In this document: positions 19,040-29,513 of the stretch, piece by piece
Numbering within the stretch: the first letter of the stretch is position 1
Layout: each line of letters begins with the position of its first letter
From: an uncultured Dehalococcoidaceae bacterium
GTDB taxonomy: Bacteria; Chloroflexota; Dehalococcoidia; UBA2979
Reading direction: 5' to 3'
NCBI GenBank assembly: GCA_964606125.1
Contig: CAZSFJ010000001.1
Location: forward strand, 1,409 to 65,408
DNA length: 64,000 bases
Program-made: the position numbers and the translations under genes
The notes under the pieces: model-generated
Databases searched by the model: none
What the model was told of the DNA's origin: nothing
What the model saw: only the letters and a program-made list of their open reading frames with translations

Positions 19040-20914
19040 CTATACGCCTAAGGCATCCGCCACGTCAACTAACCCCAGTGATTCAAGTTTTGATCGAGAC
19101 GGGGCACTTGTCTCTTGGTCCCATCCGGCCTCTTCGTACCATTCGCGCTTCATGGTCTCAAGATCTATCTCAAAGCCTGCATGTGGCCCGTCTTCCTGCG
19201 GAGGAGTCCCTAACAAACGACCAGGTACTTCTCTAGCAGCCGGATTATTACCATGCTTCACGGCAAACGCCATCCGCAAATTGGCAATTCGTTCGCCCAC
19301 TTCCTCAAGCTCAGAATGAGTAGTGTCCCATCCCGTTACCAAATTAATCCATTCTGGAATACGTTCAGTTGGTGACATCGTGTATATGAAATAACACATA
19401 CCAGCTGAATTCATCACATGAGCTTGCTCATGAGCAGCCTTGTGGACTGGTCCACGGCCCGTGAACTGCTTTTTATCTTCAGGTTCTTTCGCCATATTAG
19501 GGAACTTGCTTGACTTTCCAGGGGACCAGATGGTGTGTCTGGCAGGGGTAGGATCGAGCGCGTATGACGCAGCAAATCCTATATCAAGTTTCGGATCATG
19601 CATAGGCGGTTCTTCGCCGTCGATCGCAGTCAGGTAAGGACTAGCCTCGTCACCGATCTTCTTAGCTGCCACAGTCGTCCCATCAGCCAACAGCTCACCC
19701 AGCTCACCTTCACGGCGACCAATTTTATGAATCGCTTCAAGCACGGCTGAGGCGTTACCCCAGACCATGTCAAGACCATCAGTATCTTCCTTTGTCAGTA
19801 CACCATTGGTGTAGCATTCAATAGCAAAGGAGATTGCAGCGCCAGTCGATATGGTGTCAAGTCCGTACTCATTGCACCAATGATTAACGGCCCACATTGC
19901 ATCGGTATCGTTCACTCCGTTCATAATTCCGAAGGCACCCATAGTTTCGTACTCTGGACGATGGGTATGTCTTGGAAACGCAAATTCGCCACGATCCGAA
20001 CCATCTATCGAATCAGCTCCACAGGCCACAGGACAATGCCAGCATGCGTACTTCTTCTCTTTGGACTCGTTCATCACCGGTCCGTTCAAATTCTCCATGG
20101 AGAACTCGTTAACTAGATCCACTACTCCAACACCGCCCCAATTCAACACCGGAGCGTCCCCGGATATTGCTGAGTTAGCGGTAATACCAGTGGTCCCAAA
20201 AGTTGTAAAAAATTGCTTGGTCGCCTGATTGAATCCATCTAGACTCGAGCGCACTGTCTGAATCACTTCAGGAGTTTGTGCCATGATCTTCTTAGTAGGC
20301 TTGGCCACTATAGCCTTTAGGTTCTTAGAGCCCATAACTGCACCAACCCCAGAACGGCCTGCCAATCGACCTCGTTCATTACAAACACCGGCCATTATGC
20401 TTTGATTCTCTCCTGCAGGACCAATTAAAGCTGCACTTATTTTCTTTCCAAGGTCTTCCTTCATCCTATCTTCAACTTCGATGGCCAAACCACCCCAGTA
20501 TTCCGCTGCATCACGTATTTCGGGTGTTTCACCTTCTTCGATATACACGTACACTGGCTTTTCAGCCTTGCCGTAGACAAGTACCGCATCATACCCAGAG
20601 AACTTCAACATCGGACCGAAGTCGCCGCCACAGTTCGCGTCACCCCATCCACCATTCTTCGGTGACTTGCAGACAACACTGAATCTCTGGCCAAACAGCG
20701 GAGTACCTGTCAACAGTCCTGGCATAAATCCTAAGACATTATCCGGTCCTAAAGGGTCAGCGCCAGCTGGTATTCGGTCAAACAATAAACGAGCACCGAG
20801 CCCATATCCCCCTAGGTGTGAGCGATACACATCCTCTGAAATAATCTCCTCTTCAATCTCGTTCGTAGTCAAATTAACGTTTAAAATTCTTCCATTGAAT
20901 GCTACATCTGACAT
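19040..20914 (-). CDS. Aldehyde:ferredoxin oxidoreductase family (tungstopterin-type AOR)
   Basis: 624 aa in three AOR-type regions: N-terminal MSDVAFNGRILNVNLTT...GGYGLGARLL, a central domain with conserved acidic/Cys residues (CWHCPVACG), and the C-terminal domain. Confidence 0.75.
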   Translation of the reverse strand: MSDVAFNGRILNVNLTTNEIEEEIISEDVYRSHLGGYGLGARLLFDRIPAGADPLGPDNVLGFMPGLLTGTPLFGQRFSVVCKSPKNGGWGDANCGGDFGPMLKFSGYDAVLVYGKAEKPVYVYIEEGETPEIRDAAEYWGGLAIEVEDRMKEDLGKKISAALIGPAGENQSIMAGVCNERGRLAGRSGVGAVMGSKNLKAIVAKPTKKIMAQTPEVIQTVRSSLDGFNQATKQFFTTFGTTGITANSAISGDAPVLNWGGVGVVDLVNEFSMENLNGPVMNESKEKKYACWHCPVACGADSIDGSDRGEFAFPRHTHRPEYETMGAFGIMNGVNDTDAMWAVNHWCNEYGLDTISTGAAISFAIECYTNGVLTKEDTDGLDMVWGNASAVLEAIHKIGRREGELGELLADGTTVAAKKIGDEASPYLTAIDGEEPPMHDPKLDIGFAASYALDPTPARHTIWSPGKSSKFPNMAKEPEDKKQFTGRGPVHKAAHEQAHVMNSAGMCYFIYTMSPTERIPEWINLVTGWDTTHSELEEVGERIANLRMAFAVKHGNNPAAREVPGRLLGTPPQEDGPHAGFEIDLETMKREWYEEAGWDQETSAPSRSKLESLGLVDVADALGV

Positions 20915-21255
20915 GGGTGTTCCTTCCGTACATAACTGAGGTCTCTAGTAGGCAAATAGCATGACCCCGCCTTCACCCACAGGGTATCACGATTAGTCTC
21001 AAACCTGACGGATCTCTCAAAATCGATATCCTGACTTGCGCCTGAGCCCCATATCCACTTACGATCATCATCAGCGGTTGGGTTCAACTAATTAACGACC
21101 CGATACTCCAGATTTATGTGAGCTAGCAGCCCCTAAACATCTAGATAGATCGATGGGACCTTGGTAACGTAACCGATGGAGTACGCACCCGATAGTATCC
21201 CGCATCACCTGAACATGTGTGAGGACAAGAATTTAGCGATGAGTGAGAAAACATA

Positions 21256-22716
21256 ATGACAACTGTAGAAGAAACTTCAACGTCACAGCCCCGCGATTAT
21301 TCGAATAAACCTCCCCAGAGGCAGCGAAGAAAATCTCGAAGAAGAGGCGGTGGTGATGGAGGTAACAAGGCTTCGCAATGGGATACGACAGTAAACTTAC
21401 CGGAAATTGATGACACTATCGCCTCAATTGACATTGCAGAACTACAGTCCCTACCAAGAAATACACTAATAAAAATTGCCGAGGAAACTTTCAATATCGA
21501 AACTGCTTCAGGGCTTGCTAAACAAGACTTGATCTTCAACATTCTTGAGAAACAATCAGAAAAATCAGGCGCAATATACTCCTCAGGTACCTTGGCTGTA
21601 GTGGATGACGGCTTCGGGTTCCTCCGGGGTGAACGACTGCTTCCTGGCGCTAATGACATTTACGTGCCACAAGGATTGGTAAAAAGAAATGGTCTCAGAA
21701 ACGGGGATTCCGTCTCGGGTCAAGTCAGACAACCACGAAGCGGAACTGACAAATATTACGGCCTTGTAGAAGTCAACCAGGTAAACGGCATGAGTCCTGA
21801 AGAAGCTGCTCTGAGACCTGATTTTGACTCACTCACTGCAGTATTTCCTGACGATATGTTCCATCTTGAAACAAGTACTGAAGAAGTCAGCCAAAGAATG
21901 ATTGATCTATTCTCTCCCGTCGGCAAAGGTCAAAGAGGGTTGATAGTATCGCCCCCAAAGGCCGGTAAGACCCTCCTTTTGAAGTCAATCGCAAACGGTA
22001 TTATGGAAAACTATCCGGAGTGTGTCCTGATGGTGGTGTTAATCGGTGAACGACCTGAAGAAGTTACCGATATGAGAAGATCGGTCACCGGTAAAGACGG
22101 CGAACAGAAAGGCTTAGTCTATGCTTCGACTTTTGATGAGCCAGTGGACGATCATACCCGAGTTGCAGAGGCTGCACTTGAGCAGGCTAGGCGCTTAGTT
22201 GAAGGTGGTCGAGATGTTGTAATCTTGATGGATTCCATCACTCGACTAGCGAGAGCTTATAACACCGCTATGCCAAATTCCGGCCGTACGTTGTATGGAG
22301 GTATGGTCCACGTCTCACTATATACACCAAAGCGATTCTTTGGATCAGCAAGAAATACAGAAGAAGCAGCGTCACTTACTATTATTGCAACATGCTTGGT
22401 TGAAACTGGATCACGAATGGACGAAGTGATCTTTGAAGAATTCAAAGGAACCGGCAATATGGAACTCCGCTTAGCACGCCGACTCGCTGAGAAACAAGTG
22501 TTCCCGGCAATAGACGTTCTCGCATCCTCAACTCGAAGAGATGATCTACTCTTCAACGAAGAGGAGAAACAACAAGTTTGGCTACTGAGACGAATGGCAG
22601 CAATGCTTGAAGAGGATTCTCATGATGCGGCTGAGCGAGTTCTTGAAAGACTAAGTAAAACTACTGACAATATGGAATTCTTGTCTACTCTGAAAACCGA
22701 TCTGGGGCAGATATAG
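21256..22716 (+). CDS. rho: Transcription termination factor Rho with an Arg/Gly-rich N-terminal insertion
   Basis: Walker A GLIVSPPKAGKT, RNA-binding CSD-like region, Q- and R-loops, and an N-terminal QRQRRKSRRRGGGDGG low-complexity insert. Confidence 0.9.
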   Translation: MTTVEETSTSQPRDYSNKPPQRQRRKSRRRGGGDGGNKASQWDTTVNLPEIDDTIASIDIAELQSLPRNTLIKIAEETFNIETASGLAKQDLIFNILEKQSEKSGAIYSSGTLAVVDDGFGFLRGERLLPGANDIYVPQGLVKRNGLRNGDSVSGQVRQPRSGTDKYYGLVEVNQVNGMSPEEAALRPDFDSLTAVFPDDMFHLETSTEEVSQRMIDLFSPVGKGQRGLIVSPPKAGKTLLLKSIANGIMENYPECVLMVVLIGERPEEVTDMRRSVTGKDGEQKGLVYASTFDEPVDDHTRVAEAALEQARRLVEGGRDVVILMDSITRLARAYNTAMPNSGRTLYGGMVHVSLYTPKRFFGSARNTEEAASLTIIATCLVETGSRMDEVIFEEFKGTGNMELRLARRLAEKQVFPAIDVLASSTRRDDLLFNEEEKQQVWLLRRMAAMLEEDSHDAAERVLERLSKTTDNMEFLSTLKTDLGQI

Positions 22717-22747
22717 TTCGAAACAGATATTAATGTATCTTTAACAG

Positions 22748-23869
22748 ATGGATCGCTTAACAAGATCAAGCTTCCTAAAAATTCTGGGGTCTGCTGCAGG
22801 CCTCTTGGTAGTCGCTCCGCTTGCGGCTATTTTCAGTCGTGAGGAAGAGGCCACTGAAACCAAAAATTATGTTCAAACAACTGTAAGAATCTCTACGGAT
22901 TCCTTTCCTCGGGTGGCTCGAGAGCAAAACTATCAGATTGAAACTACCACTCAGAAGATTGCTCCGCAAAATACTGACACGGAAAGTCCATTAGAAACAA
23001 TTTCGAATTCAGAAATCAAATCACGTGAAGAGATAGGTAGGTATTTCAGAACCCTCGAAGAGAGGAAACGCATAGCCAACGCTGACAATTCGGTAGACGG
23101 ATCGTCAGCAATCCTTAAGTCGATTTCCTACGAGTATGTCATCAAGCCAGGGGATAATCTAACTGCTATCTCGAGGTCGCAAGGAATCGACCTGGATTAT
23201 ATTATTTGGAATAACGCAGAAGTAGGAAAACCAGATGAAATATTTCCTGGCGTTAAACTTCGAATCCCAAGCGTGCCGGGTATCATCCATGCAGTTCGGT
23301 ATGGTGAAACGCTCACTGAGATAGCAGAGAAATATGAAGTATCTGTAGGCAATATTGTAGGGTTCAAAGGTAACGAGATCACCACTCCGGACAGCATTCC
23401 AGTAGGAAAAGAAATCTTGATACCAAATGGTAGAAAGAGCCTCAATATAATTGCTTATGATGGTTCACTAACCACACTCGACTGGAATTGGCCGGTTACT
23501 TCACGTTATATAACCTCTTTGATGGATTGGCGACATCCACTAGGAATCGACATAGGCACGTCCTCCTGGGCTCAAGTATATACGTCGCGAGCTGGGTTAG
23601 TTACGTTCGCCGGAGGTGATCCTCGTTACTCCTATGGGTACTACATAATTGTCGACCACGGGTTCGGATATGAATCGCTTTACGCACACATTGCCCAAAA
23701 CAGCAGTGGATGGGCAGCTTTCAATGTGGGTCTGGGTGAAAGAGTTTCCGCCGGTCAACTAATCGCGTGGGTGGGTATGACAGGAAGAACTACGGGGCCA
23801 CACCTTCACTACGAAATATCCAGATATGGGCAGCGCATGAATCCACTCAGTGTTCTCCCGAAATCATAG
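22748..23869 (+). CDS. Secreted LysM-domain M23 metalloendopeptidase
   Basis: Signal peptide, two LysM repeats (YVIKPGDNLTAISRS / VRYGETLTEIAEKY), and an M23 core (HxxxD...GYYIIVDHG...TGPHLHYEI). Confidence 0.8.
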   Translation: MDRLTRSSFLKILGSAAGLLVVAPLAAIFSREEEATETKNYVQTTVRISTDSFPRVAREQNYQIETTTQKIAPQNTDTESPLETISNSEIKSREEIGRYFRTLEERKRIANADNSVDGSSAILKSISYEYVIKPGDNLTAISRSQGIDLDYIIWNNAEVGKPDEIFPGVKLRIPSVPGIIHAVRYGETLTEIAEKYEVSVGNIVGFKGNEITTPDSIPVGKEILIPNGRKSLNIIAYDGSLTTLDWNWPVTSRYITSLMDWRHPLGIDIGTSSWAQVYTSRAGLVTFAGGDPRYSYGYYIIVDHGFGYESLYAHIAQNSSGWAAFNVGLGERVSAGQLIAWVGMTGRTTGPHLHYEISRYGQRMNPLSVLPKS

Positions 23870-26236
23870 TTCCAAGCGCGGTATCCTTATTATTCGGATC
23901 ATCTTCTTGAAAACCGCAACCACCCTATGTCGGACGACAATGTTCCTGATAGCCAGATAGTCACTCTCCATTTGCGACATGTCGAGGGAAGCTTTAGCCG
24001 GATCGGTCTCAGAGTATATAAGACTAGAGCCAGCCCTCGAAAATCTATCCGAGACCATAAATTCAACACCAACCGAGTCTAGTAGCTTGGTGATATCTGA
24101 CGGTGTAGTGGGACGCGGAGGTAGCAAATTCGCGATCAGCAATAAGTACTCGATTTTGCGCCAATAAATAACACCCCGATCGAACTCACGAAACTTAACT
24201 GACCACCAAAGACTCATAGCAAATATCAACGATATAACCCCCACCGATCCGATTATAAAGAAAGAAGAAATGACGCGGAAAATTTGAGAGTTGTAGAACC
24301 GGCTTGTGTTCTCAGGAAATATATCCTCTGCCGAAAATTGCGATTCATCAAATAAATCTAAAAGCTCACTGTCATCATACAGAAAGTCCGAGTTTCCACT
24401 CCGTGACTCAATCAAAGTCTCATTTATAGAAGATGACATCCCACTTTGGTCAGCACGAAGAATCACTGGCCTGACAGGAGTAGGGTTGAAATCGATCCAT
24501 CCGAATTCACTAAAATAAACCTGTGGCCAAGACCAACTTGATTCACCTGTAACTTCATAGCTTTTGGTTTCAGGATTAAAATTAGTTTCATCAACCACAA
24601 ACCCTACAGACACTCGCGCTGGAATTTCCAGCGTACGAAGCATCACAGTCATCGCACTTGAGAAATGGTCGAAATGACCAAATCCCGACTCAAACAGAAA
24701 CTCGGCAACAATATCGGACTGTGGGTCTACTCTTCCCGGTACCAATGAATACTGATATTGATAACGTAGATATTCCTCGATCCTTCTCGCAGCCTCGTAC
24801 GATGTGTTGCTTCCTCGCGTTACTCGGAGCGCCAGATCAAATATCCGTGGATCAAGTTTTTCAGGGAGCTGTGTGTAGGCAGTCCGAATCGACACTGGCA
24901 CTTCCTTATTTGCACCATTAAGAGATGCACTAGTAGCCATACTTGTAGCACCTGCCACTAAATAGGAGTCCCCAACCACTAAAGCTCTGTCGGGCACAAC
25001 TGCAATCGCTGAATATGCAGGCCCAAGAACCATTTTAGAGACCCTGTCGGTGGCAAGCGGCTCGCCTGGCGCCAAGAGTCTTTTAGACGGCAAGTTTGGG
25101 CTGGTAACCCATAACTCAACTATTGCTGACTCTCGCCGTTCGGCTCGTGTGCCCAAGGTACCAAATTCAGCAGCCGCCAAGCCCAATTTATCGAAATCGG
25201 CAATAGCAAAATCCGACAAGGCCCAACCTAGACCCGTATAAAGATCATAAGAAGCGCCGCGCAACAATTGTGGTTGACCCGTACGAATTTCGAGCAGTAG
25301 GTCCTCAGACAAGATCAAATGCGAGTCAATCGGATGAAATCTACCGAACGAATGAGCTCCGGCCGACTTCTTTCCCCCCACTCCTAAGAACAGTCGCCCT
25401 AAGTCCTCGGCCTGGCTCGCCACTGGAGATAGAAGTACATCCAACCTGTCAGTCAAGGGCTGCCACTTATTAGCTGTTGGAATAACCCATGAGGTAACAA
25501 TAAGCACGGAGGCCATTATCAAGCCGATTACTAATATCTCTGGAAACAAATATTCCGGCTGATTAATACCCTTGACGCGCCAATTAATCTGCGCCTTCAG
25601 GTAATGCGTTCGGATAATCAGTAGTATTGCTCCAAATAGAAATATCACAAACGCAAAGATTGGTTGACCAGGTAGATAAGAAATATTCGTAAGAATCGCA
25701 AAACCGCTCGGAACGAGAATTAACCACGGATTACAAAGTCGGAATAGTGACCAGACGGAGAAGAAAGTTATCAGACCAATCAACACATTGATCAAAAACA
25801 CGAAAGGAAGAGGATCTGTGGAAACACCCCCAATGAATATGGCTTCCACCCACTCTATGAGTCGAAGTATCGTTTCCTGCAGGCGCTCCGTCTCTGATTG
25901 CAATAAAGTTTCTGAAAGATCTATCGAGTACGCCGAAATAAGGACCGAAAAAGAGAAACTGATGACTATAGCTAGACCCCAGATTTTGGCATCACTTAGT
26001 TTCGAGAAACTTAAGATCAAGGATATCGTCCAGAATACGAACAATGGTATGAAAAGTGAGGGCGCACTATCTACCCAATTGGCCGATTCAAGCGAAGCTA
26101 CTAATGGCCCAAGTGCCCCAAGAAGAAATAAGTTCGAAACCCATAGTTCCTTGGACAGATACCATCTCGCAATAGCGGAATCAGATTTCAAGATGGTTGC
26201 AGGTTGATCGCGATGGTAATCGTCTCGGTGTGTCAC
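23864..26236 (-). CDS. TgpA-like polytopic membrane protein with a transglutaminase-like domain (apparently non-catalytic)
   Basis: 790 aa with N-terminal multi-TM, a central transglutaminase-like core (LRTLEIPARVSVGF ... WSWPQVYFSEFGWIDFNPT) and C-terminal TMs. See findings for the catalytic-triad substitutions. Confidence 0.6.
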   Translation of the reverse strand: MTHRDDYHRDQPATILKSDSAIARWYLSKELWVSNLFLLGALGPLVASLESANWVDSAPSLFIPLFVFWTISLILSFSKLSDAKIWGLAIVISFSFSVLISAYSIDLSETLLQSETERLQETILRLIEWVEAIFIGGVSTDPLPFVFLINVLIGLITFFSVWSLFRLCNPWLILVPSGFAILTNISYLPGQPIFAFVIFLFGAILLIIRTHYLKAQINWRVKGINQPEYLFPEILVIGLIMASVLIVTSWVIPTANKWQPLTDRLDVLLSPVASQAEDLGRLFLGVGGKKSAGAHSFGRFHPIDSHLILSEDLLLEIRTGQPQLLRGASYDLYTGLGWALSDFAIADFDKLGLAAAEFGTLGTRAERRESAIVELWVTSPNLPSKRLLAPGEPLATDRVSKMVLGPAYSAIAVVPDRALVVGDSYLVAGATSMATSASLNGANKEVPVSIRTAYTQLPEKLDPRIFDLALRVTRGSNTSYEAARRIEEYLRYQYQYSLVPGRVDPQSDIVAEFLFESGFGHFDHFSSAMTVMLRTLEIPARVSVGFVVDETNFNPETKSYEVTGESSWSWPQVYFSEFGWIDFNPTPVRPVILRADQSGMSSSINETLIESRSGNSDFLYDDSELLDLFDESQFSAEDIFPENTSRFYNSQIFRVISSFFIIGSVGVISLIFAMSLWWSVKFREFDRGVIYWRKIEYLLLIANLLPPRPTTPSDITKLLDSVGVEFMVSDRFSRAGSSLIYSETDPAKASLDMSQMESDYLAIRNIVVRHRVVAVFKKMIRIIRIPRLEL

Positions 26237-26279
26237 AAAACTTCAATTCCTCCGACCTTATCCCAGCATGAAGATCACT

Positions 26280-27536
26280 TCAATTTCCTCGATGATTTGG
26301 CGGTTTGCGGGACCTAATTTTGCTCTCAAAAGTAAGGTCCGTTGAAATAGTCTCAAGACTGCGGACCAGCAGATGCGGAATTTTACTGCGCACGCACTCA
26401 TCGTCGAAGTCAGAACCGCTCTTCATCGTTGCAGGATTAAATACCGACAGTAATACAGTCATTCCACCTCTGAATCGAAATTCTGTTATTTTCTTCAATA
26501 CTTCTAGATCTTCCCCAGCCGTTACTCCCACAAAGGTGATATGTCTATCGAATCTCCGGGACTCTCGATCGAGCAAATCAACGTATGAGTGCACGCTTGA
26601 CGAACGGGCTAACGCAAGCACCTCCATCATCGCAGATAAATGTGCATTGCCTCTGCCTGGTTCGATTATTGCTTCCTGTTGACCACAGGCTATGAGTCCC
26701 ACCGAACGATTTAGTTTATTGAAATGTTTCACCAGCGTTGCCGCAGTCATGACAACCGTATCTTCCATCTGATCCTCCCCATTGAGATGGTTAGATGAGG
26801 AATCAAGATCAACGACTACCCATATGGCAGAGCTAGGATCCATATCGAACTCTTTAACCATTAACCGTCCTGTCCGAGCCGTGGCAGGCCAATGAAATCT
26901 GTTAAATGCGTCACCAGGTAGGTAGTTTCTAACGCCAGCGACACTCGGAGTAACCTGATTAGTCTTCGTTCTTATTTTGCCTTCACCAGGTAGATTGGCA
27001 GATGGTATGTCAAATTTGGGCAAATCAGGCGGTGTCGGATAAACCAAAATCTCAGTTGGTTCCCCAAATTCAGCTAGGCTAGTGAAAAATCCAAATGGAT
27101 CAGTAGCCCGAACCTTTAAGGGTCCAAGCGTGTATAGCCCACGCCTATCCAGCTGTGTCTTGTAAGTCCATCTGTACACACCACGGGAACCTATAGTAAA
27201 AACGCGGCCAGAACTCGGCGCAAGAAGAGAACCAGTATCCTCTGCTTCTAACCATATCTTGGGAAGCCACGACTTAGACCTGACAGTGATCGAAGTGGTA
27301 ACAAAGCCACCTTGCGATATCCGTCTGCTATCTCGATCAATCTCCACCTCTAATTTGCGAATGGACAACCTGCTCCATAACCAAAGTAATGGCACAGCCA
27401 TAAAAATAAGATATGTGAGCCTGAACAATGTCCAAAATCCCGTAGCATATGAAACGACTAAACAGATGATTGCTACCGACAAGGCTAGTAACGGATCGGT
27501 ATTCTCGCGCACAAACTGTACGAGTCGAGTCAGCAC
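26280..27536 (-). CDS. DUF58 (VWA-like) protein, MoxR partner
   Basis: N-terminal TM hairpin, then a DUF58 core (WVVVDLDSS...). It is immediately downstream of the MoxR ATPase with a 3-nt gap. Confidence 0.7.
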   Translation of the reverse strand: MLTRLVQFVRENTDPLLALSVAIICLVVSYATGFWTLFRLTYLIFMAVPLLWLWSRLSIRKLEVEIDRDSRRISQGGFVTTSITVRSKSWLPKIWLEAEDTGSLLAPSSGRVFTIGSRGVYRWTYKTQLDRRGLYTLGPLKVRATDPFGFFTSLAEFGEPTEILVYPTPPDLPKFDIPSANLPGEGKIRTKTNQVTPSVAGVRNYLPGDAFNRFHWPATARTGRLMVKEFDMDPSSAIWVVVDLDSSSNHLNGEDQMEDTVVMTAATLVKHFNKLNRSVGLIACGQQEAIIEPGRGNAHLSAMMEVLALARSSSVHSYVDLLDRESRRFDRHITFVGVTAGEDLEVLKKITEFRFRGGMTVLLSVFNPATMKSGSDFDDECVRSKIPHLLVRSLETISTDLTFESKIRSRKPPNHRGN

Positions 27537-27538
27537 AA

Positions 27539-28516
27539 CTAATTACCTGAGGCACCTTGCCGAGAGCTCATCCCCGGGACAGGTATTTCCTGCAAGATCT
27601 CAGAGGTGACTTGCACAGAGTCATTATCATCGGACCGTATTGACGGATGCATAATTAAGCGATGAGAAAGCACAGCAGGAGCCAGTTCCCTCACATCATC
27701 AGGATCCACATACGCACGGCCAGCAAGAAAAGCACTGGCTTGGGCAAGGCGCATGAGTCCGATCGATCCTCTTGGGGAAGACCCTAGATAGATAGCAGGA
27801 TGCTCTCTAGTACGACTCACAATCCTGACGATATATTGCTTGATCAGTGAATCGACATGGATTTGAGTGATTACGCTCTTCATGGCCGCTATATCTGAAC
27901 TCGTAGCGACAGCCTTTAGATCATCGATTGGATGCTTATACTGTTGGCTATCCATGACAGCTATCTCTTCAGTCTCTTCTGGATAACCTACGTGAAGTCT
28001 GATGAGAAACCTATCCAGCTGCGCTTCTGGCAAAGGGAAGGTACCTTCATACTCAATCGGATTTTGTGTAGCAATCACCATGTGTGGATCTCCCACGAGA
28101 TGTGTTACACCATCCACCGTTACCTGACCTTCTTCCATCGCTTCCAGCAATGCTGACTGCGTCTTCGGTGTTGCTCTATTCACCTCATCTGCTAGAACTA
28201 TCTGGGATAGAATTGGCCCAGGTTTAAACTGGAACTCACTAGTCGATGAAGAAAAAACTGATACACCGGTGACATCGCTTGGGAGAAGATCGGGAGTAAA
28301 TTGTATCCGAGAGAATTCACACCCAAGCGACTTGGCTAAAGTCCTCGCTAAGACCGTCTTACCTACACCCGGGACATCCTCTATCAATAGATGACCGCCC
28401 GACAATAAAGTCATGAGTGCAAGTCTCAGTTCCATATCTTTGCCTAAAACAACTGTGCGCATATTGTCCAAAATTGAATGAGCTGTTCCGGCAAGTAAAC
28501 TGGTGTTAGTTTCCAT
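27539..28516 (-). CDS. MoxR-family AAA+ ATPase
   Basis: Walker A EDVPGVGKT, Walker B ILLADEVNR, sensor motifs. The start is taken at METNTS (28516); the longer ORF to 28657 overlaps the upstream M23 gene and lacks homology. Confidence 0.85.
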   Translation of the reverse strand: METNTSLLAGTAHSILDNMRTVVLGKDMELRLALMTLLSGGHLLIEDVPGVGKTVLARTLAKSLGCEFSRIQFTPDLLPSDVTGVSVFSSSTSEFQFKPGPILSQIVLADEVNRATPKTQSALLEAMEEGQVTVDGVTHLVGDPHMVIATQNPIEYEGTFPLPEAQLDRFLIRLHVGYPEETEEIAVMDSQQYKHPIDDLKAVATSSDIAAMKSVITQIHVDSLIKQYIVRIVSRTREHPAIYLGSSPRGSIGLMRLAQASAFLAGRAYVDPDDVRELAPAVLSHRLIMHPSIRSDDNDSVQVTSEILQEIPVPGMSSRQGASGN

Positions 28517-28541
28517 GTCTATTAGTCTACTATCCGGAGAA

Positions 28542-29513
28542 CTACTTCCGCGCAAACAGATCAGTAGTCCACTGAAGGGGATCAATTGGCACACCAAATA
28601 AAAGGATTTCCCAATGCAAGTGGGGTCCTGTGGAGAACCCGGTATTGCCCACCTCACCTACCTCTTGTCCCTTCATAATTTCCTGCCCACTTGTTACAAC
28701 AGTTCGCGAAAGATGGTGATATCCACTCAACACGCCTCCGCCGTGATCTATCACGACACTATCACCACGAATCGGCAAGTTGCCAACATATGTGACCACA
28801 CCATAAGAAGAAGAAATAACAGACGTACCCCCCTCTACCGCGAAGTCAACGCCCGAATGATAATTTCCATAACTGCCATTTTCATAGACGCGCTTTTGAC
28901 CAAATTGAGTTGAAATCGGTCCTGACACGGGGAGAATGAACTGCTCAAGTCCAATATGAGCCGCTCGGTATTCCTTGTTGTATCCTTGCCTAATCTGAAA
29001 TTCCGTATCAAGGCTCGATGAATCCGACACGATATTCTTCATGAGTTCAGTCCGATGAATGTGATCTTCTGCTCGGATTTTGTACCGGACTTCCACATAT
29101 TCTGTTTTTAAGAGTTTTTCGCCGAGTCCATACAGAATGATCTGAATCTCGTATTCCCCTGACTTGGAATCTACCGGAATCCCAAGAGTTGTGGTGAAGA
29201 CGCCATCATCGCTGATATGCAGTGGGCTTATCATATCTAGGAACTCAACGGAACCAATATATATATTTGGACCTGTAAATCTCATCTCACCTCTCAGATG
29301 GAGGGTCTCGCCTGACTGGATATATCTGGGGAGAGACAAACTCTTAATGGTAGGACTGGATGATTGAACGGAGATTTCTGGAACCTTAGTCACCACCCCA
29401 AGAGAGGGCTCAACTATGGGCACTTGTGGTTCAACATTTGAATGATATCCCTTGGCTTGGTCCAACCCTAATATCACAAAGAGCAAAACAAATATCACCA
29501 CCTGTACTCTCAA
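28542..29513 (-). CDS. M23 family metalloendopeptidase (secreted)
   Basis: Signal peptide, then an M23 core (HSGVDFAVEGGTSV...VIDHGGG..SGYHHL...TGPHLHWEI). Confidence 0.75.
   Translation of the reverse strand: MRVQVVIFVLLFVILGLDQAKGYHSNVEPQVPIVEPSLGVVTKVPEISVQSSSPTIKSLSLPRYIQSGETLHLRGEMRFTGPNIYIGSVEFLDMISPLHISDDGVFTTTLGIPVDSKSGEYEIQIILYGLGEKLLKTEYVEVRYKIRAEDHIHRTELMKNIVSDSSSLDTEFQIRQGYNKEYRAAHIGLEQFILPVSGPISTQFGQKRVYENGSYGNYHSGVDFAVEGGTSVISSSYGVVTYVGNLPIRGDSVVIDHGGGVLSGYHHLSRTVVTSGQEIMKGQEVGEVGNTGFSTGPHLHWEILLFGVPIDPLQWTTDLFARK

Noticed and set aside
28517-28657. 5' extension of the MoxR ORF (47 extra codons)
   Set aside because: It overlaps the 3' end of the upstream M23 peptidase gene by 116 nt in another frame. 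MoxR homology begins only about 20 residues after the Met at 28516.
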